A stretch of 62,873 bases of DNA, counting the filler, from Nemertoderma westbladi (lineage: Eukaryota; Animalia; Xenacoelomorpha), in NCBI GenBank assembly GCA_032718475.1. It is 3 parts of 3 records of this genome, joined end to end, with 100 filler letters (N's around TTAATTAATTAA, not from the genome) between each part and the next. Parts side by side here need not be neighbours in the genome. Positions count along the whole stretch, not along the records: positions 1 to 15,781 come from JAUCBJ010003308.1; 2 more parts are not named here. One strand, written 5' to 3'. The translations under genes and the position numbers were made by a program. Within the stretch, counting starts at the first letter, position 1. Every line of letters begins with the position of its first letter. Of the stretch, positions 1 through 13,263 are shown one piece after another. The notes under the pieces were generated by a model. The model did not search any database and had not been told where the DNA came from. It saw nothing but the letters and a program-made list of their open reading frames with translations.

Positions 1-476
1 CGCTGGCAGACTACCACCAAGCCTAAATAAACTACAGTATGTGCAGATTCCAAAATGGTTAGTTAGTATGCTTTCTAACACGGTAGTACGACTTATTCTT
101 TAAGAGGGGATTGACCTTACAGCTATGGCTGCCCCAACTTACTAACTGGCACTCTATCGGACAAACTCTACACACGCAGTAATCTCTTCAGACCTAATAA
201 TAGCTAGACAACAATCCAGCCTACAAAATATCTGAGTAATAACTATTACGGTACCTGAACAGACCACACAAACAAACACAGGCCAAAACGCTGGCAGAAT
301 ACTGTCAAGCCTAAATAAACTACAGTATGTGCAGATTCCAAAATGGTTAGTTAGTATGCATTCTAACACGGTAGTACGACTTATTCTTTAAGAGGGGATT
401 GACCTTACAGCTATGGCTGCCCCAACTTACTAACTGGCACTCTATCGGACAAACTCTACACACGCCGTAATCTCTC
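1..476. repeat. ~288-bp tandem duplication within the LTR
   Basis: cgctggcaga...aagcctaaataaactacagtatgtgcagattcc occurs at 1 and again at 289. Confidence 0.85.
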
Positions 477-689
477 CAAACTCAACAACAATCCGACAAC
501 AGTCCGGCCTACAGTTATCTGAACAATCTGAGCAGACTTACACGTCTTCAGCTCAATATTAACTTACTAGGAAATAAAACTGACAGAAATAGACCTAAGT
601 AAAATCCCAATAAAAACCAGGTGTCCCCGATTTAATATCGAGACCTACCGGTATACAATAATCAAAATCGAATAATACTAATGTACTTA

Positions 690-845
690 TACTGGAAGTA
701 CCGGTTAGGACAGTTGGGCCTACGGACCTACAGAAGTACCGGTTCTGACAGTTGGACCTACGGACCTACAGCAGTACCGGTTCTGGCAGTTGGGCCTACT
801 GACCTACAGAAGTACCGGTTCAGGTTTACCGGTCGACCGGTACTT
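690..845. repeat. ~38-bp tandem repeat within the LTR
   Basis: Repeated gtaccggttctgacagttggacctacggacctacagaa units; fewer copies at the homologous position near 41580-41650. Confidence 0.7.
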
Positions 846-2151
846 TCAACTTTATTGCTTACTGCAATAAAGTCATTAACTGTTATTGTACGCGCTTTTG
901 AAGACCTTTAGCAGTTTAACCTGCCAAAATTTATATGTCTTTTGGTTTATAAATAGACTTTAGAAGATGACAAATATTTAATACCAATAAACACAACATT
1001 AGCAGAAGCCAGCCTAGTGCGCGTCCATTCACCCGCTGGATATACCCGGGAGACTGGATTCTGAGGGCTTAGATTATTATTGCAGTGTAAGCTTACTGTA
1101 TTGTATTATTCGATTGATCGTTAATAAATAATTTCTGACTAATATTATTCACTTTCGGGAAATATTAACAGTTCCTTTAGGACGTGGCGCTCTATCTAGG
1201 TAAACAGAGATATGACTTATACTAGTCACAACGGTAAGTCGGTAAGGCTTATGATTCACGTATGAGGCGCATTCTTTAGGAAATGCTTAGTTATCAATCA
1301 CAATCATGCACACTACCGGTAACACACAATACTGCTCACTAATTTGCCGACCGTCAATGAATTTTATCATATATAAAGCGAACAGCAATTGACTCATGTA
1401 GGGCTTACCAAATAGCATTAAATTCACTACAAACCACAACAATATAAGTCGCAATCGCTATATATAACCCGTCTCTCTAACCTGTAGTGTATCAAGAAAA
1501 TTGGGAAATTTGGGTTCTTTATATATGTTCTCCAAATAATATTCAACCAAAACACAACAGTAAATAGCAGTATAATAATGTATGTTGAACCGATAATGCA
1601 AGAATAGAAACAAGTTGATATGAATTGATATATGATGTGATAACAGTTATACGCTCTATAATTTAAGCCTACTAATGTTTCTTCTAAAGTATGAAAACTA
1701 ATTGACTCTAGAGCCGGTGTTCCTGGCCTAGATACCAACAACAACAGTATCACAAAAAACAGTAAGACTGAACACTTCTAGTATGATCGGCCGAATATCT
1801 ACACGTCGACAGAAAAAATCGCTCTGATTGGCTCAAGCCAAACAAAGAACCATGCGTCCAATGGCTGTTTCCATGCCAGCAACCAGCTGCTAGATGTCGC
1901 AATCTGAATCATCAAGGCTAAGCTGTGTAAAGGTACTTGGTGCATTGCAGGTTTTTTGCCTTACCATGTCCGCCAAAACACGTATATAGCAGAATGACTT
2001 TTATGTCCGTTAAAACACCTATAACGGTACCTTGCGGGCGAGGGGAATATATATATAGTTATAGAGCCTTTTAGAGTATTCCAGCGCCTAGGGGGGAAAC
2101 TGGATTGCGAAGCAAAAGGGCCAGTTATATCCCACAGAAGCTTTTACAAAC

Positions 2152-2670
2152 ACTTCCCCAAGTCACCAAGTCACTTTGCCCATTAAAAAATATTTTAGGT
2201 CACTTGGCTGATATATTTCATTTTTAACCGCTTTTTATAAAAGAATTAAAAAAAAATTTTAATATTTAACTTTACCAATAAGGTCACTAACCCAATACTC
2301 GACTTACAGAATAAGTCACTTGCCCAATAAGTTTTTTGAGACAATAATTTCCATTCACTTCATATAAGTGAAAATAGTGAACCTCAGCACACATTGACCG
2401 CAAGTGAAATAATTTATAGTTTATTGTTTTGGTTAGAAAACACCGCCACTGTAACCTACTCCTTTCCATTAATGTTCTTAATTAAATAAAGCTAAATCTC
2501 AAAGTATTGGGCAAGTGTCCTATTCGAAAATTGTCCTATTGGGAAAGTGACCATACCAGATCTAGTTATTGGGGAAGAGCAAGTGACTCATCATAGGGAA
2601 AGTGACTTATGGTAAATATTATTGGGCAAAAGTCTCATTGAGGAAGAGTCCATATTGGGCATCTGACAGT
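2152..2670. mobile_element. Foldback/MITE-like element with inverted subterminal motifs
   Basis: Left half has gtcacttgcccaata-type motifs; right half has their reverse complements (tattgggcaagtg, attgggaaagtgac). Confidence 0.45.
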
Positions 2671-2679
2671 TAACCATAT

Positions 2680-2870
2680 TGTGGGGCGAGCCACGAAGTA
2701 AGCGAAGCCTTAGCATATGGGTGCCATTAACGAGTTTTCTGTCGTCGTCGTAAATTTTTGATCGCTAATAACTCGGTTATTCCTGGATGAAATTAAACGA
2801 AACTTGGTACGTATGTAGTCCGGCAAAAGTTTAGAAGGAATCGGAAGTTTGGTAAAATAAAACGAACGAA
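2680..2870 (+). mobile_element. Interspersed non-autonomous repeat (Helentron/DINE-like); second copy inverted at ~25400-26003
   Basis: tgtggggcgagccacgaagtaagcgaagccttagc...tcgtcgtcgtaaa matches the reverse complement of 25540-25596 plus 25972-26003. Confidence 0.5.
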
Positions 2871-3506
2871 CGCAACAAGTTTACACTGGATACGAGTATC
2901 CATCTGCCATAAATCAGCAATTGTTCTCACAGTTTCGAGACTTGGCATAGTTAGTTATAAACTTCATTAGTCTCCGTTTAGGAAAATTATTTTTAAGACA
3001 AAACAGGAAGAGCGCAACGAGGCTAATGAAGGAGAAGAGTATTGTAAAACTAAAAATGTCATACTTAACTTAAATAGCCCGAGTTGGAAGGTTTACAAAT
3101 GACAGCTAAAGTGTGTAAGGGCAAACTGAAATGGATGTCTGTTTTTATAACTAGATTATCACAAACTGATAGCATCGCCTTCACTCATATATATTTTGGG
3201 AAAGACGGTTTTCGTATATCTAATAGAGATTAGTATAATGTACTTTCTAATATAAGCTCTCGTGCTCCGCGAAGGCCCCACGAACGTGTACTTATCTGCA
3301 TAGGATGATGGATTTATATAGGATAATATAGATCTTATACTGATCTGATATATAGATAACAAATAATTGTTTGATCTCGAATTTTCACATCCTATGCATA
3401 TTACGTCATAGTTGGATTAATTGTAAACTACGCATTAAGTAAGATAAACTAAATATAACTTAGTAATAAATAATCCAAACCACAAACTGAAAGTAACTTA
3501 CAGAGA

Positions 3507-3792
3507 TTGGAACAAAGTTCGCATTAATAGGAACAAAGTTCGCAATAATAGGAACAAAGTTCGCTATAATAGGAACAAAGTTCGCAATAATAGGAACAAA
3601 GTTCGCTTTGATAGGAACAAAGTTCGCTTTGATAGGAATAAAGATCGCAATAATTGGAACATAATTATCTTTGAAGATTCGATAGGAACATAATTCGCAA
3701 GTAGAGGAACAAAGTTCGCTACCCGTTGGAACAAAATTCACAAAATATCAATAGACACAAAATTCGCAAAATATCAATAGGAACAAAATTCG
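3507..3792. repeat. 21-bp minisatellite
   Basis: Tandem ataggaacaaagttcgcaata units. Confidence 0.85.
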
Positions 3793-4385
3793 CGCCACCC
3801 TCTTACTCTATCCCAGACAGTAATCAAACATCAACTGTTGGTTTGTATAAAGTATTACCCCGCCAGCTGAATAGCTCTTCCCAGTGAATCCTTTGGGAAT
3901 ATCATTGTAAGCACTGGGCCGTTCAAATGTTTTATAGGTTGATGATAATGAATGATTAGGGACCCAACTAACACTACGTTTGTCTATGGCGGTCTCCTTA
4001 TAGCCAGCTTACTGGCTTTTCTAGTTGAATCATATTATTCTGCAACCAATATTTACTCTTTTAGACGAATTTGTGCGTCTTTTGCCGGACTAACAAATTT
4101 TGGCGACGTTCTGTGCGAGATTGGCGATATTTGAAAAGATTCTGAGGCACAAATATGTTGCTCAGATGACTGAATATCTCAAATAAAAAAGTTGGTGCAT
4201 ACTCGACGAGTTGAAATCGGTGAAATTCGACTTTAAATATTCAAAACCGCTATTTTTCAGTGACCCAGTTATCGAAACGCCACAAAAAATATACAGTCTT
4301 GTGCGCAACCAAAATTTATGTAGAGTTTGTTATTAAAATTTTTGCGTACCTGCTTGAGTTTTTGAGATATTGGATGGTTATACAT

Positions 4386-4416
<31 letters not shown>

Positions 4417-4656
4417 ACCACATCGTGTTTTTGAACGGCTCAACTCTTGGCAAGAACTACCCTGGCCTATTAATAGGCAGGTTCGTTATAAAATTTCAGC
4501 TGGAAAGTGATACAGGTACAAAGAATGTCTGGACGGTTTTCACATATGCCTTCAGTGTAACTACTGTATAAATATTAATTTAATTAACTTTAATTCAACC
4601 AATCACTATTATACGGAACCTCTAAAGGAACATTAAAAAGAAACAATATATTCTGC

Positions 4657-5070
4657 TAACTCGTGTGAACGACTTAACTAACTTGTGCGAACGACTTACT
4701 AAGTCGTGTGAACGACTTACTAAGTCGTGTGAACGACTTAACTAACTTGTGCGAACGACTTACTAAGTCGTGTGAACGACTTACGAACTCGTGCGAACGA
4801 CTTAACTAACTCGTGCAAACGCCTAAACACCTAACTAACTTGTGTGAACGTCTTACTTAAGTCGTGCGAATGACATACTTTGTCATGCGAATGACTTACT
4901 AAGTCGTGTGAACGACTTACGAACTCGTGCGAACGACTTAACTAACTCGTGCAGACGACTTACTAAGACATATGTTCATATGACTTAGTAAGTCGTTTGC
5001 ACAAACGCCTAAACACCTAACTAACTTGTGTGAACGTCTTAACTTACTCTTTCGAACGACTTACTAACTA
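4657..5070. repeat. 21-22-bp palindromic minisatellite
   Basis: Tandem cgtgtgaacgacttactaagt units containing the hairpin acgactt-act-aagtcgt. Confidence 0.8.
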
Positions 5071-6341
5071 TACTTCGATTTTATTGGCTAAACATTACAT
5101 TTTTTAAAGAGAAAAGCGTCAAAGAGGCATGTTTTATTATTAGCAACATAAATAAAATATGTTTGCACTGTATGTATTATAAATAAAATCAATTAAAATG
5201 ATGTAAGTCAATACTTACTCGTCATTTGCCCATGATCGGAGAGATCTAATGTTGTTGGGGCACGATAGGATGTGGTAACGGGTGGCCTCGATCCCACATA
5301 ACCTGCACACACAAGGATCACATGGGTCGTGATAACCAGGTGGTGTCTGACAGACGATGGTGGAAACCGTGGACGGACGTTCTACAAATTACGAGTCGTA
5401 ATGGTTGATCTGGGCCGGTCCAGATTTTGTTGGAGAAAACCGGACTCTCCCAAAACTCTAACTAAACTAAACATTAAAACATTACTGGTAACACATTATA
5501 CAATACTGTAGTTGCGCCAGAATAGCAATAGAAATCTGTAAAATCTATTCTATATAATTAATCTGACAGTAAACCGTCCCATTCAATCTCACAATCAATC
5601 ATTCAATTGCAATTACAAAATTTGAAAAATAACCCGTAATTGAAAAATTCGTTGTAGCTTGTTCTATAACAAACTGAGGTTGGAGTGTATCACAGTAGGA
5701 GGGGATCGATTATAGTGTATTCGGCAATCTAATTATCAAAGCCAACCGACTATTCATTCTCGAATGATTTACATTTTTGTATATTTTTTGTCCCGTACGT
5801 GACTTGGGCAATATGGTTGGCATTGACCCAAATATAAGTAGAATACCGGTAACAAAAAGTACAAAACAAGCATATGGTGCGGGGGCGGGGGGGGGGGGGG
5901 GGTTAATGGGCCGTGTGGACCACCTCATAGAATCCCTGTTGGTGGGAGTGAGGGGTGACCAGCCAGGATGGCGATGGCCAGCCTCTGCAGGAGGAAGCAG
6001 TGAAGAGGTAGTCCAGGGGGGTGTTGCTTAATTAAAAAATATGGCATTGTATATTTTCTATATATTTAATAATTTTCCAAGCATTATTCACTAATAACTA
6101 ACAAACTAACTATGGCCTTGTAATATTAGTCTAATTCTACAAATTACAAGTGCGATAATTTATTAGTGTTGCACAAAAATTCTCCAGACTAATAATAATA
6201 GTATGGAATTATTAGTCGGTGACTAATAAATATTATTAGTCATTTTACATGCGCAAATGTATTATTTATTAGTGCCTGTTTAATAAACTATACACTAATA
6301 TTATTCGTCAAATTTTAGAGTGTTTTATTCCAGATTAAAAT

Positions 6342-7332
6342 TTGACTAATAATACTGTAATTACAAACAAATTTACCACAATGAATTTAGATAGTTTCAC
6401 CGACTTTTTGCAAAGCTCTAGTAGTGGCGATGAAGAATCTTGGAATGAGGAGGAAGCACTTAGCATTCGATGTACCGCACATTTCGTCCCCGAATCGGAT
6501 TTCATGAAGTATTTCAGCGATTCCGGTTGACTGGCCAACAATTGAATAATCTCATCGAAAGAATTGGAGCATATTTGAAGCACCCCACTGACCGTAACTA
6601 TGCCCTGTCGTCGCGGCAACAGCTTCTCTTAGCTTTACGCTATTATTCAACTGGTGACAACATGCTGACGATCGCTGATTCCAATGAACCATCGAATTCA
6701 ACAGTCAGCCGCTGCGTGGCCATAGTCACCAAAGTCATAGTGGAACAGCTGTTCACTGAATTTGTTGACTGGCCCGAGGACAGTGCTGCCAGACTTAGCA
6801 TGGCTCAGAAATTCCAGAATATTACCCATTCCCAAATGGTATGTGGCTGTGCCGATGGAACACACAACCCAATAGTGGCACCCAGTGATTATGAGGATCA
6901 ATTCGTAAACCGCCATAAGCAGCATTCCATCAAGGCGCTAATGGTTTGTGGGCCCGATTACAAGATATACTACGTATCTGCTCGCTGGCCTGGAAAAGCC
7001 CATGATTCGCGCGTCTTGACTAACAGTAGTCTTGCGACTCGATTCAAGCAAAGGTGGACCCTTTCCTGGTGCAGTAATTTTGGGCGATTCGGCATATTCA
7101 AGGTCTGACGGCTGATTCCTTGCCTTGCTTGATCCTTGGGATGCCTTGCCTTATCAACAGTACCTCCGATGCCGAGAATCGTTTCAATGTGCACCACAAG
7201 AGAATGCGTAGAATGATAAAGTGTACGTCTGGTATTTTGAAGAGCCGTTTTCAGTGTCTACGATACCTTACGGTAAAGAATCCAGCCCCTTATTACCGTA
7301 TTATCAATTACCGCATAAACAAACTGCATTGA
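6342..7332 (+). pseudogene. PIF/Harbinger DDE transposase (HARBI1-like), frameshifted
   Basis: Motifs QQLLLALRYYSTG, STVSRCV, GCADGTH, FVNRHKQHSI, ARWPGKAHDSRVL and ENRFNVHHKRMRRMIKCTSGILKSRFQCL, spread over three frames. Confidence 0.85.
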
Positions 7333-7454
7333 ATTAATTGTACGTACAGTATAACAATATACAGTATATTTATTTAGTCAAGTGTAAGATACAGTATATA
7401 TCTGTATACAGTAGGCCTATACTATAGTAAATAATCCTAAAAAGGGGTATAAAG

Positions 7455-8120
7455 TTAAAGTGTAGTAAAGTCCAGCTGGTCACTTCCAAAAAAGTTAATG
7501 TATTGGTTGTAATGTAAGGCCAGTTGGTTGGCCAGTTCCTGCCCGTGTAATTGGCTGACGATCAACTGGTTCTTGAGTCGAATAAATTCAATTTCGAGTC
7601 GGAACTTTTCTTTCTTGAGATCTCTGACTTCATTATAATCATCACTTCCCCCTGTTAATACTGCGCTCCGTTTCGCTACCGCCCTTCTAACCTTTGTCAT
7701 TGTTTCCGTATTTGAAATGGTCGGCATTGCATCGCCATCGGTGCATACAGTATAGCAGCAGGAAGAGGTGTAGAAGGCATTGACGGAGCATTATCGGCCC
7801 GATTATCGGCAATATTAGTCCGAGGCGTTATCGCTACGACTGAGACTGATATGATTCGGCTACCAGTAAAACAACAACACAAGGCGAATTTATTCCCTCG
7901 ATTTCCAGAACCATCCACTCCCATTCCAAAGGCGGATTTTGTCCAGATGCCCCGGTCCTATTATTGGCGTCGTTTTTGGTTTTAGCGGTTCGCTTAATTT
8001 GCCCAAACCACATCTCGAATGTAGCTCCAAGGCTTTTCTTCCGGGACCAAGTTAACACCCATGGTGCAAGGTTGCTATTTAAAAATAGGGTTGTAATTAT
8101 TTTCGAATTATTGCTGTGGC
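7455..8120 (-). pseudogene. Harbinger ORF2-like Myb/SANT DNA-binding protein, degenerate
   Basis: Convergent with the transposase. WFGQIKRTAK...RTGASGQNPPLEWEWMVLEIEG resembles the Myb/SANT-like TGGG..L...E motif, and the C-terminus is coiled-coil-like (DLKKEKFRLEIEFIRLKNQLI). Confidence 0.6.
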
Positions 8121-9184
8121 GGAAACACCAAGACAGAGGTTCGTGGACATTGGACAATCCCATATGACACAAAAAACCTTTTGCTTCTACCTTCTTGCCT
8201 TTCGCTCTTATGATTCTCACCTTTTCAAAACATTCTAAGAGACTCATTTTGGGGAGTTAAGGGTAACGTTTTCTTTGGGCGTTAGGCCTTATTTCCAGTG
8301 CGATTCCCCCAGAAGGATAGTCCCCAGATAAAATTTGTACTCATTTGGTTACCATTTAAGGATGCAAGGCAGCGATGCGCCCAGACTTTTAAATCCTTTT
8401 TAATCATTCGTACCGAAACGAAAAATCCCCTTTCCGCTGGCCCAATTGGGTTAGTACAACACAAGTACTCAACTATAGTCAACAAAATTTAAACGTGCTT
8501 TACAAAGCCTGCTCTGTGTGAACTTGGCCGATGACACAGACAGGCAGGTACACCGTCATACGACTGCATTCACCCCCAGTCCTGTATTTTAAAATTCGTG
8601 TTAGGCTCACTCATATCGTTGTACTCCCTCGCCCTACACCCAAATACAAGTAATACCGGTAATCTAATACGATGGTCATTGCACATGCACAGTACCGCAC
8701 AGCACACAGAACAAGCGGTACCACGTGGAGAAGGCTGAACGCAATGTTACAAAAGAGACTCAAAAGCAATATAACTAATGTTAGTGGTTCTCCTGGCTAG
8801 CAATTAAGCATTATTGTGTTGAAGTCTGTGTAATCGGGTTAGAGTTCAGTCCATTACCACTTGGGGAGGAAATGAACGCCTCCCATGGAAAGGTCATCAA
8901 AAAGCAATGCAATTAGAGTTATGGCGGTGCAATAATCCCGCCATCGCCTGCTTCCCGAGTTCAAACTGCTATAGAATATAATTATAGCCAAAGGTCGAAC
9001 GTTTTATAGGATGTTTCTGAATAGGACATGTTTGTAAGAAAAGGTTAATCAACTAGAGAGATAATATTATTTCACTCTAGTTTATTGATGGAAAGGTGAT
9101 ATTAGAAAGAAATAGACTACTACTAGTTTTAAGAAAAAAAAAAGCTTTACTTGTATCACAGTTCACAGTTTTTTACAAATTTAA

Positions 9185-9828
9185 GGGGGGGGGGGGGGGG
9201 GGGGGTAGCACCCCCCTATTTTGGAAATGGGCAAAAAACATGTTTTATTCTATCATGAATTCTATCATCTATCATTTAATGGAGATTTCAAATCTGCAAG
9301 CAGTTTTCTCAGCTCTCGTTAAAATTCATTCATTTTTAACTTCGTTATTGTTGAACATAGAAAAATCGTATTATCTTAAATAGCGGGAAGGTTTGAATTC
9401 TTCCTTAAACTTTAAACACCCATATCTCATAATGACGTTTTTCATGAAAAAGGCTATTTCTCCGCCAATAATCAAAAACTCCCTAAAATGCCTTTTTTTG
9501 GGGCCTTTTTGTTCTAAAAAGGCTCCAGAGCATTTGAGGCAAAATTTGTTCGGAGGAATGGATGCAGGGTTCTTCTGAACTTATATTCCAAATTTCGACA
9601 AATATTGGTGGAGAAATAGCCCTTGGCGCAAAAAGGCACTTTTGGCCATTACGGAGCCATTTTGGTGCCAATTTTAAAAATATTTGGTTTGGTTATTCTT
9701 ACACAATCCATACGAAGTTTAGTAGCACAAAAAATAATTTTCACCCAATTTTAGGTTCCAGAGACACAAAATTGAGATGTTCACTTTGAGGGTGCTACCC
9801 CCCCCCCCTCCCCCCCATATCCCTCCCC
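9185..9828. mobile_element. Kolobok-like non-autonomous element (MITE)
   Basis: TTAA at 9181-9184 and 9829-9832, with TIR GGGG...TAGCACCC / GGGTGCTA...CCCC. Confidence 0.6.
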
Positions 9829-12126
9829 TTAAGTAAAATAAATTCTTAATTTTGGCATATAAAATAAATTTTCCTGGACAATTATTATTATTATTTTTTG
9901 TTATAATATGAATCCCGAATGGGGATCGCTGTTGCGATATTAATATTAATATATCGCAGTCCATTCTTCCACATAAGATACGCTTTTAAAATTCATCATG
10001 TTCAATAATTAATTGACATCAATTATTGATAGATTATTATTAACATGCCCTGACCACCCCAACTTACAATGCATTTGCGTCCATTATAGAACATACCCAA
10101 CGGCCTGTGTTGGTATTATTATCCTCTTTAGCAATAACATCAGGACAAAGAAGATGTCAGATTCCATTGAAATGAATCGTTTAGTAATCCTTTACCAAAC
10201 ATTAGTTGCTACATTATATAAGCTGCCCCTATTTACAAAAGACCAGATAAAAAGTGTGGGATACTTACAATTCATTCATTTCAAAAACAGATAGAAGGGG
10301 AACTTTTTACACATTCAAAATTGAAACCTCTCCCCATCCCAAAGAAATTTGACGCAGCGAACAGTTGATTAGGTGCAAAAATGAAACTGTGACCTGCACA
10401 AATAATTAACACTGTTAAAAAGGGCGATCGATGATAAAGTCCAGATATAAGGCTGGAGTTAAGTACAATTGAAAATTGAAATTCACCAACGGGTGTCGGC
10501 TTTCAACATCAATAATTTATGGCTGGAAATTATTTTTATAAATCATATTCCGTCTTTGGAATAGCTTTTTTTCTTAATATTAGATGCAGCCAAGAATTGA
10601 TGATTTGAATCGATACATTGGTTTTGAATTTAATGCATTTTGAATTTAATCAAGGCGGGTCTTTTTCGAATAATAATATATGCAATTTTATCTTTGGTAA
10701 TTATTGCCATTTGAATCACACAGCGGCACAGCCCGCCGCCACCATGATAAGATATCTGTATAATTAATTCGGCTACGAATAACCAACACCATACACACAT
10801 TGATTGAAGTGCATTTAATTTAATTTAATTGCTGAATAATATCCACTAAATAACAACATCAAGATTTTGAGAAATTTACCGGATAAGTTGGTAAAATTAA
10901 CTAACTTAGCGTTAGTGAATGTGATAGAAACAGGAAACATCTAGCATCTACATCATCATGCAGCCAAGAGAAACTCACAAACTAATCAAATTTGTTCTCC
11001 AATTTGACGAGTTTTGGTGTAGAATTTCTATAAATTTGGCAGTTATGTCATCTAAACTAAGACAGCTTCGGAAACTAGGAACACCTAACACAATCATCGT
11101 GACAAACAATTTTCTTATAAATATGAGTTTGTTGCAAATACAATATGGATTGGGTGTATAACTATTATTATAACTATGTAAAGGAAATAATGTATTAATT
11201 TGTCTGTCGACATATTCTGCTTTTAATTGATTTAATCTACTATTTATGAAAATATTATACTTTATATGGCGGGAGAGTATGCTCTATACGATGGGTAATT
11301 ATCCACAGCGTCCATAGTAGTTAAGTCCGTTATTGGTGGACCAGGAACAGGTAGACTACCAATCATTTCCATTTTCCCGTTACTATCTTACCAGGTAGGC
11401 CTACTCACCGAAACGCATGCAGTACCATTATGTTAACGGATACAGGAATCACTAAACAGCTGTATATGTATAATATGGTAGTGTAGTCACACCTTAGGTC
11501 ATTACATACATATCTTGTTTCTATTTCAATTCTCATATCCTCACCCCGCACTGATTTTAAAAAGCCTCTCACTCTAAACTTATAAAATGCCTAAAACATG
11601 AAGTGAACAGTGGGTGCGGAGTTGATCATATGAGTGAGTAACAGTGTACCTGTACATTACGACAGTATACATATGAAGCGTACTGTTTGCCTGCGATTTG
11701 CTATGTGGAACTGTCTGTGCGCCGGTGCAGTGCGCATATGATATAAAGTTATACATTATTGTACTCTTCTCTTCTGAGTTACATAATATACATATACCGG
11801 TCTCCATTTTCGAATAAAAGTGTTTAATAATATTAACAACACAATATCTAATTGACCCCGTGTCCCTATGATTTACGAAATGCCCTCCATATCCAAGTAC
11901 TTATATAAATTCAACCGGCTTATATAGATATTTACTCGCAATAATACCATGCACTAAATTGTTATGTTTAATTATTTGATACCAGTAATTTAGTTCGAAG
12001 TAAATTAATAATTCCACAATGTAATTTTAATTATTTTATATTATTTTCAGAAATGAATTAGTTTGCTTCACACAAACGTTCCGTAACTCTTGCAAATTAT
12101 ATTATTCTACTCACCATTATATCGGA

Positions 12127-13263
12127 ATGATGGATATTAATAACAATTCAACGTTTGATGATTTTTTTATAAATCTCCAAAGGGATGATGTTAAAGTCCT
12201 CAAAGATTCTCATGATAAGTTTTTGTTGAATACTATCTATTACTTGGGAACAAATTTCACTGTCCCTTTTGTTTGCTTCTATGTAACATTCGGTCTTATT
12301 GGTCATATTATGATTATATTTGTTATCAGAAGAGAACGCGAATTTAAAAGCCTTTTTTACAAACTCTTGTGTGTCGACGCGTTTATCGAGGCATGTGCGT
12401 TAATTGGTGAATTAATTAGGGTTTTACGAAACTTCAATAAACTATGTGATCTAGTAAACTTCAAGAAAATGACTTGTGACTCCTATGTACAGGCCTTTGC
12501 TACTGCTTACTACCCCGTTATGTCTTGGGGAGGCATAGAGCTCTCTGGTTGGACAGCTATAATTATAGCTCTTGATCGATTGGTCGCCGTTTATCAGCCA
12601 ATCAGATACAAGGCAGTTAATCAACAACAACACAAACTCATGATTGGTGTTGTCATTACCCTATTAGTATTTTTTGGTGTTACCCTTCTTGGAGTTTTCG
12701 ATTTTCGCTACATCACTAGAGACAATCCAACATCTCCGTGGTTAGTGATCGAAGATGATAAACAAAGAAGCGAGTTTACTAGAACCTACTTCCGCTATCT
12801 TACTAGTGTTTATTACCCGGTTCGATTCTGTGTCCAAGCCGCACTGCTCACATTCCTCAGTCTGGCGGTTGTTATACGCGTGAGGAAACTAGCTAAGCGT
12901 CACAAACACCAGCAGAAACGCGCTAAAAAAGATTACAATCTCATGTCAATGATGCTGATTATAATGATAATGACAGGGGTGGAGTTATTGATGTTGGGTA
13001 CCTGGTACGTTTCCTTTTACGGGTTTTTTCAATCCAAAGAGGAGGCCGTATCCAATCCGACCAGCACATTAGCTGAACTAAAAGAAGCATATTACTTTGA
13101 CAGGGTAAACACAATTTATATTGTCACCAATGACTTTGTCGGAGTGGTTTATGCCTTGAACTTCTATGTAATGTACTTGTTGGTTGGTAGTTGGAGAAAA
13201 GCCGTGAGACTTCGTCTTATAGAACCAATCAAGAGATTACTAAAGCCCAGGCATCATATTTGA
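12127..13263 (+). CDS. Class A (rhodopsin-like) GPCR, peptide/FMRFamide-receptor-like, single coding exon
   Basis: 378-aa ORF with seven hydrophobic segments, TM3 DRLVAVYQPIRY, TM7 ALNFYVMY, N-terminal NxS/T sequons, and a candidate splice acceptor (ttattttcag) at 12050 upstream. Confidence 0.88.
   Translation: MMDINNNSTFDDFFINLQRDDVKVLKDSHDKFLLNTIYYLGTNFTVPFVCFYVTFGLIGHIMIIFVIRREREFKSLFYKLLCVDAFIEACALIGELIRVLRNFNKLCDLVNFKKMTCDSYVQAFATAYYPVMSWGGIELSGWTAIIIALDRLVAVYQPIRYKAVNQQQHKLMIGVVITLLVFFGVTLLGVFDFRYITRDNPTSPWLVIEDDKQRSEFTRTYFRYLTSVYYPVRFCVQAALLTFLSLAVVIRVRKLAKRHKHQQKRAKKDYNLMSMMLIIMIMTGVELLMLGTWYVSFYGFFQSKEEAVSNPTSTLAELKEAYYFDRVNTIYIVTNDFVGVVYALNFYVMYLLVGSWRKAVRLRLIEPIKRLLKPRHHI

Larger units (their letters stand above)
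1..2148 (-). mobile_element. Long LTR, copy A (>2.1 kb, extends left of the window); 5' or solo LTR
   Basis: Co-linear with 41327-42939 and more distantly with 32387-33510. All three end at the same point (...CTTTTACA / ...CCTTTACA, i.e. TGTAAA start on the minus strand), and the flanks beyond that point differ. Confidence 0.65.

Noticed and set aside
5920-6030. Minus-strand FLLQRLAIAI motif resembling the C-terminus of an RLE-type (CRE/R2-like) LINE
   Set aside because: Only ~10 residues match, with no supporting flanking coding sequence.
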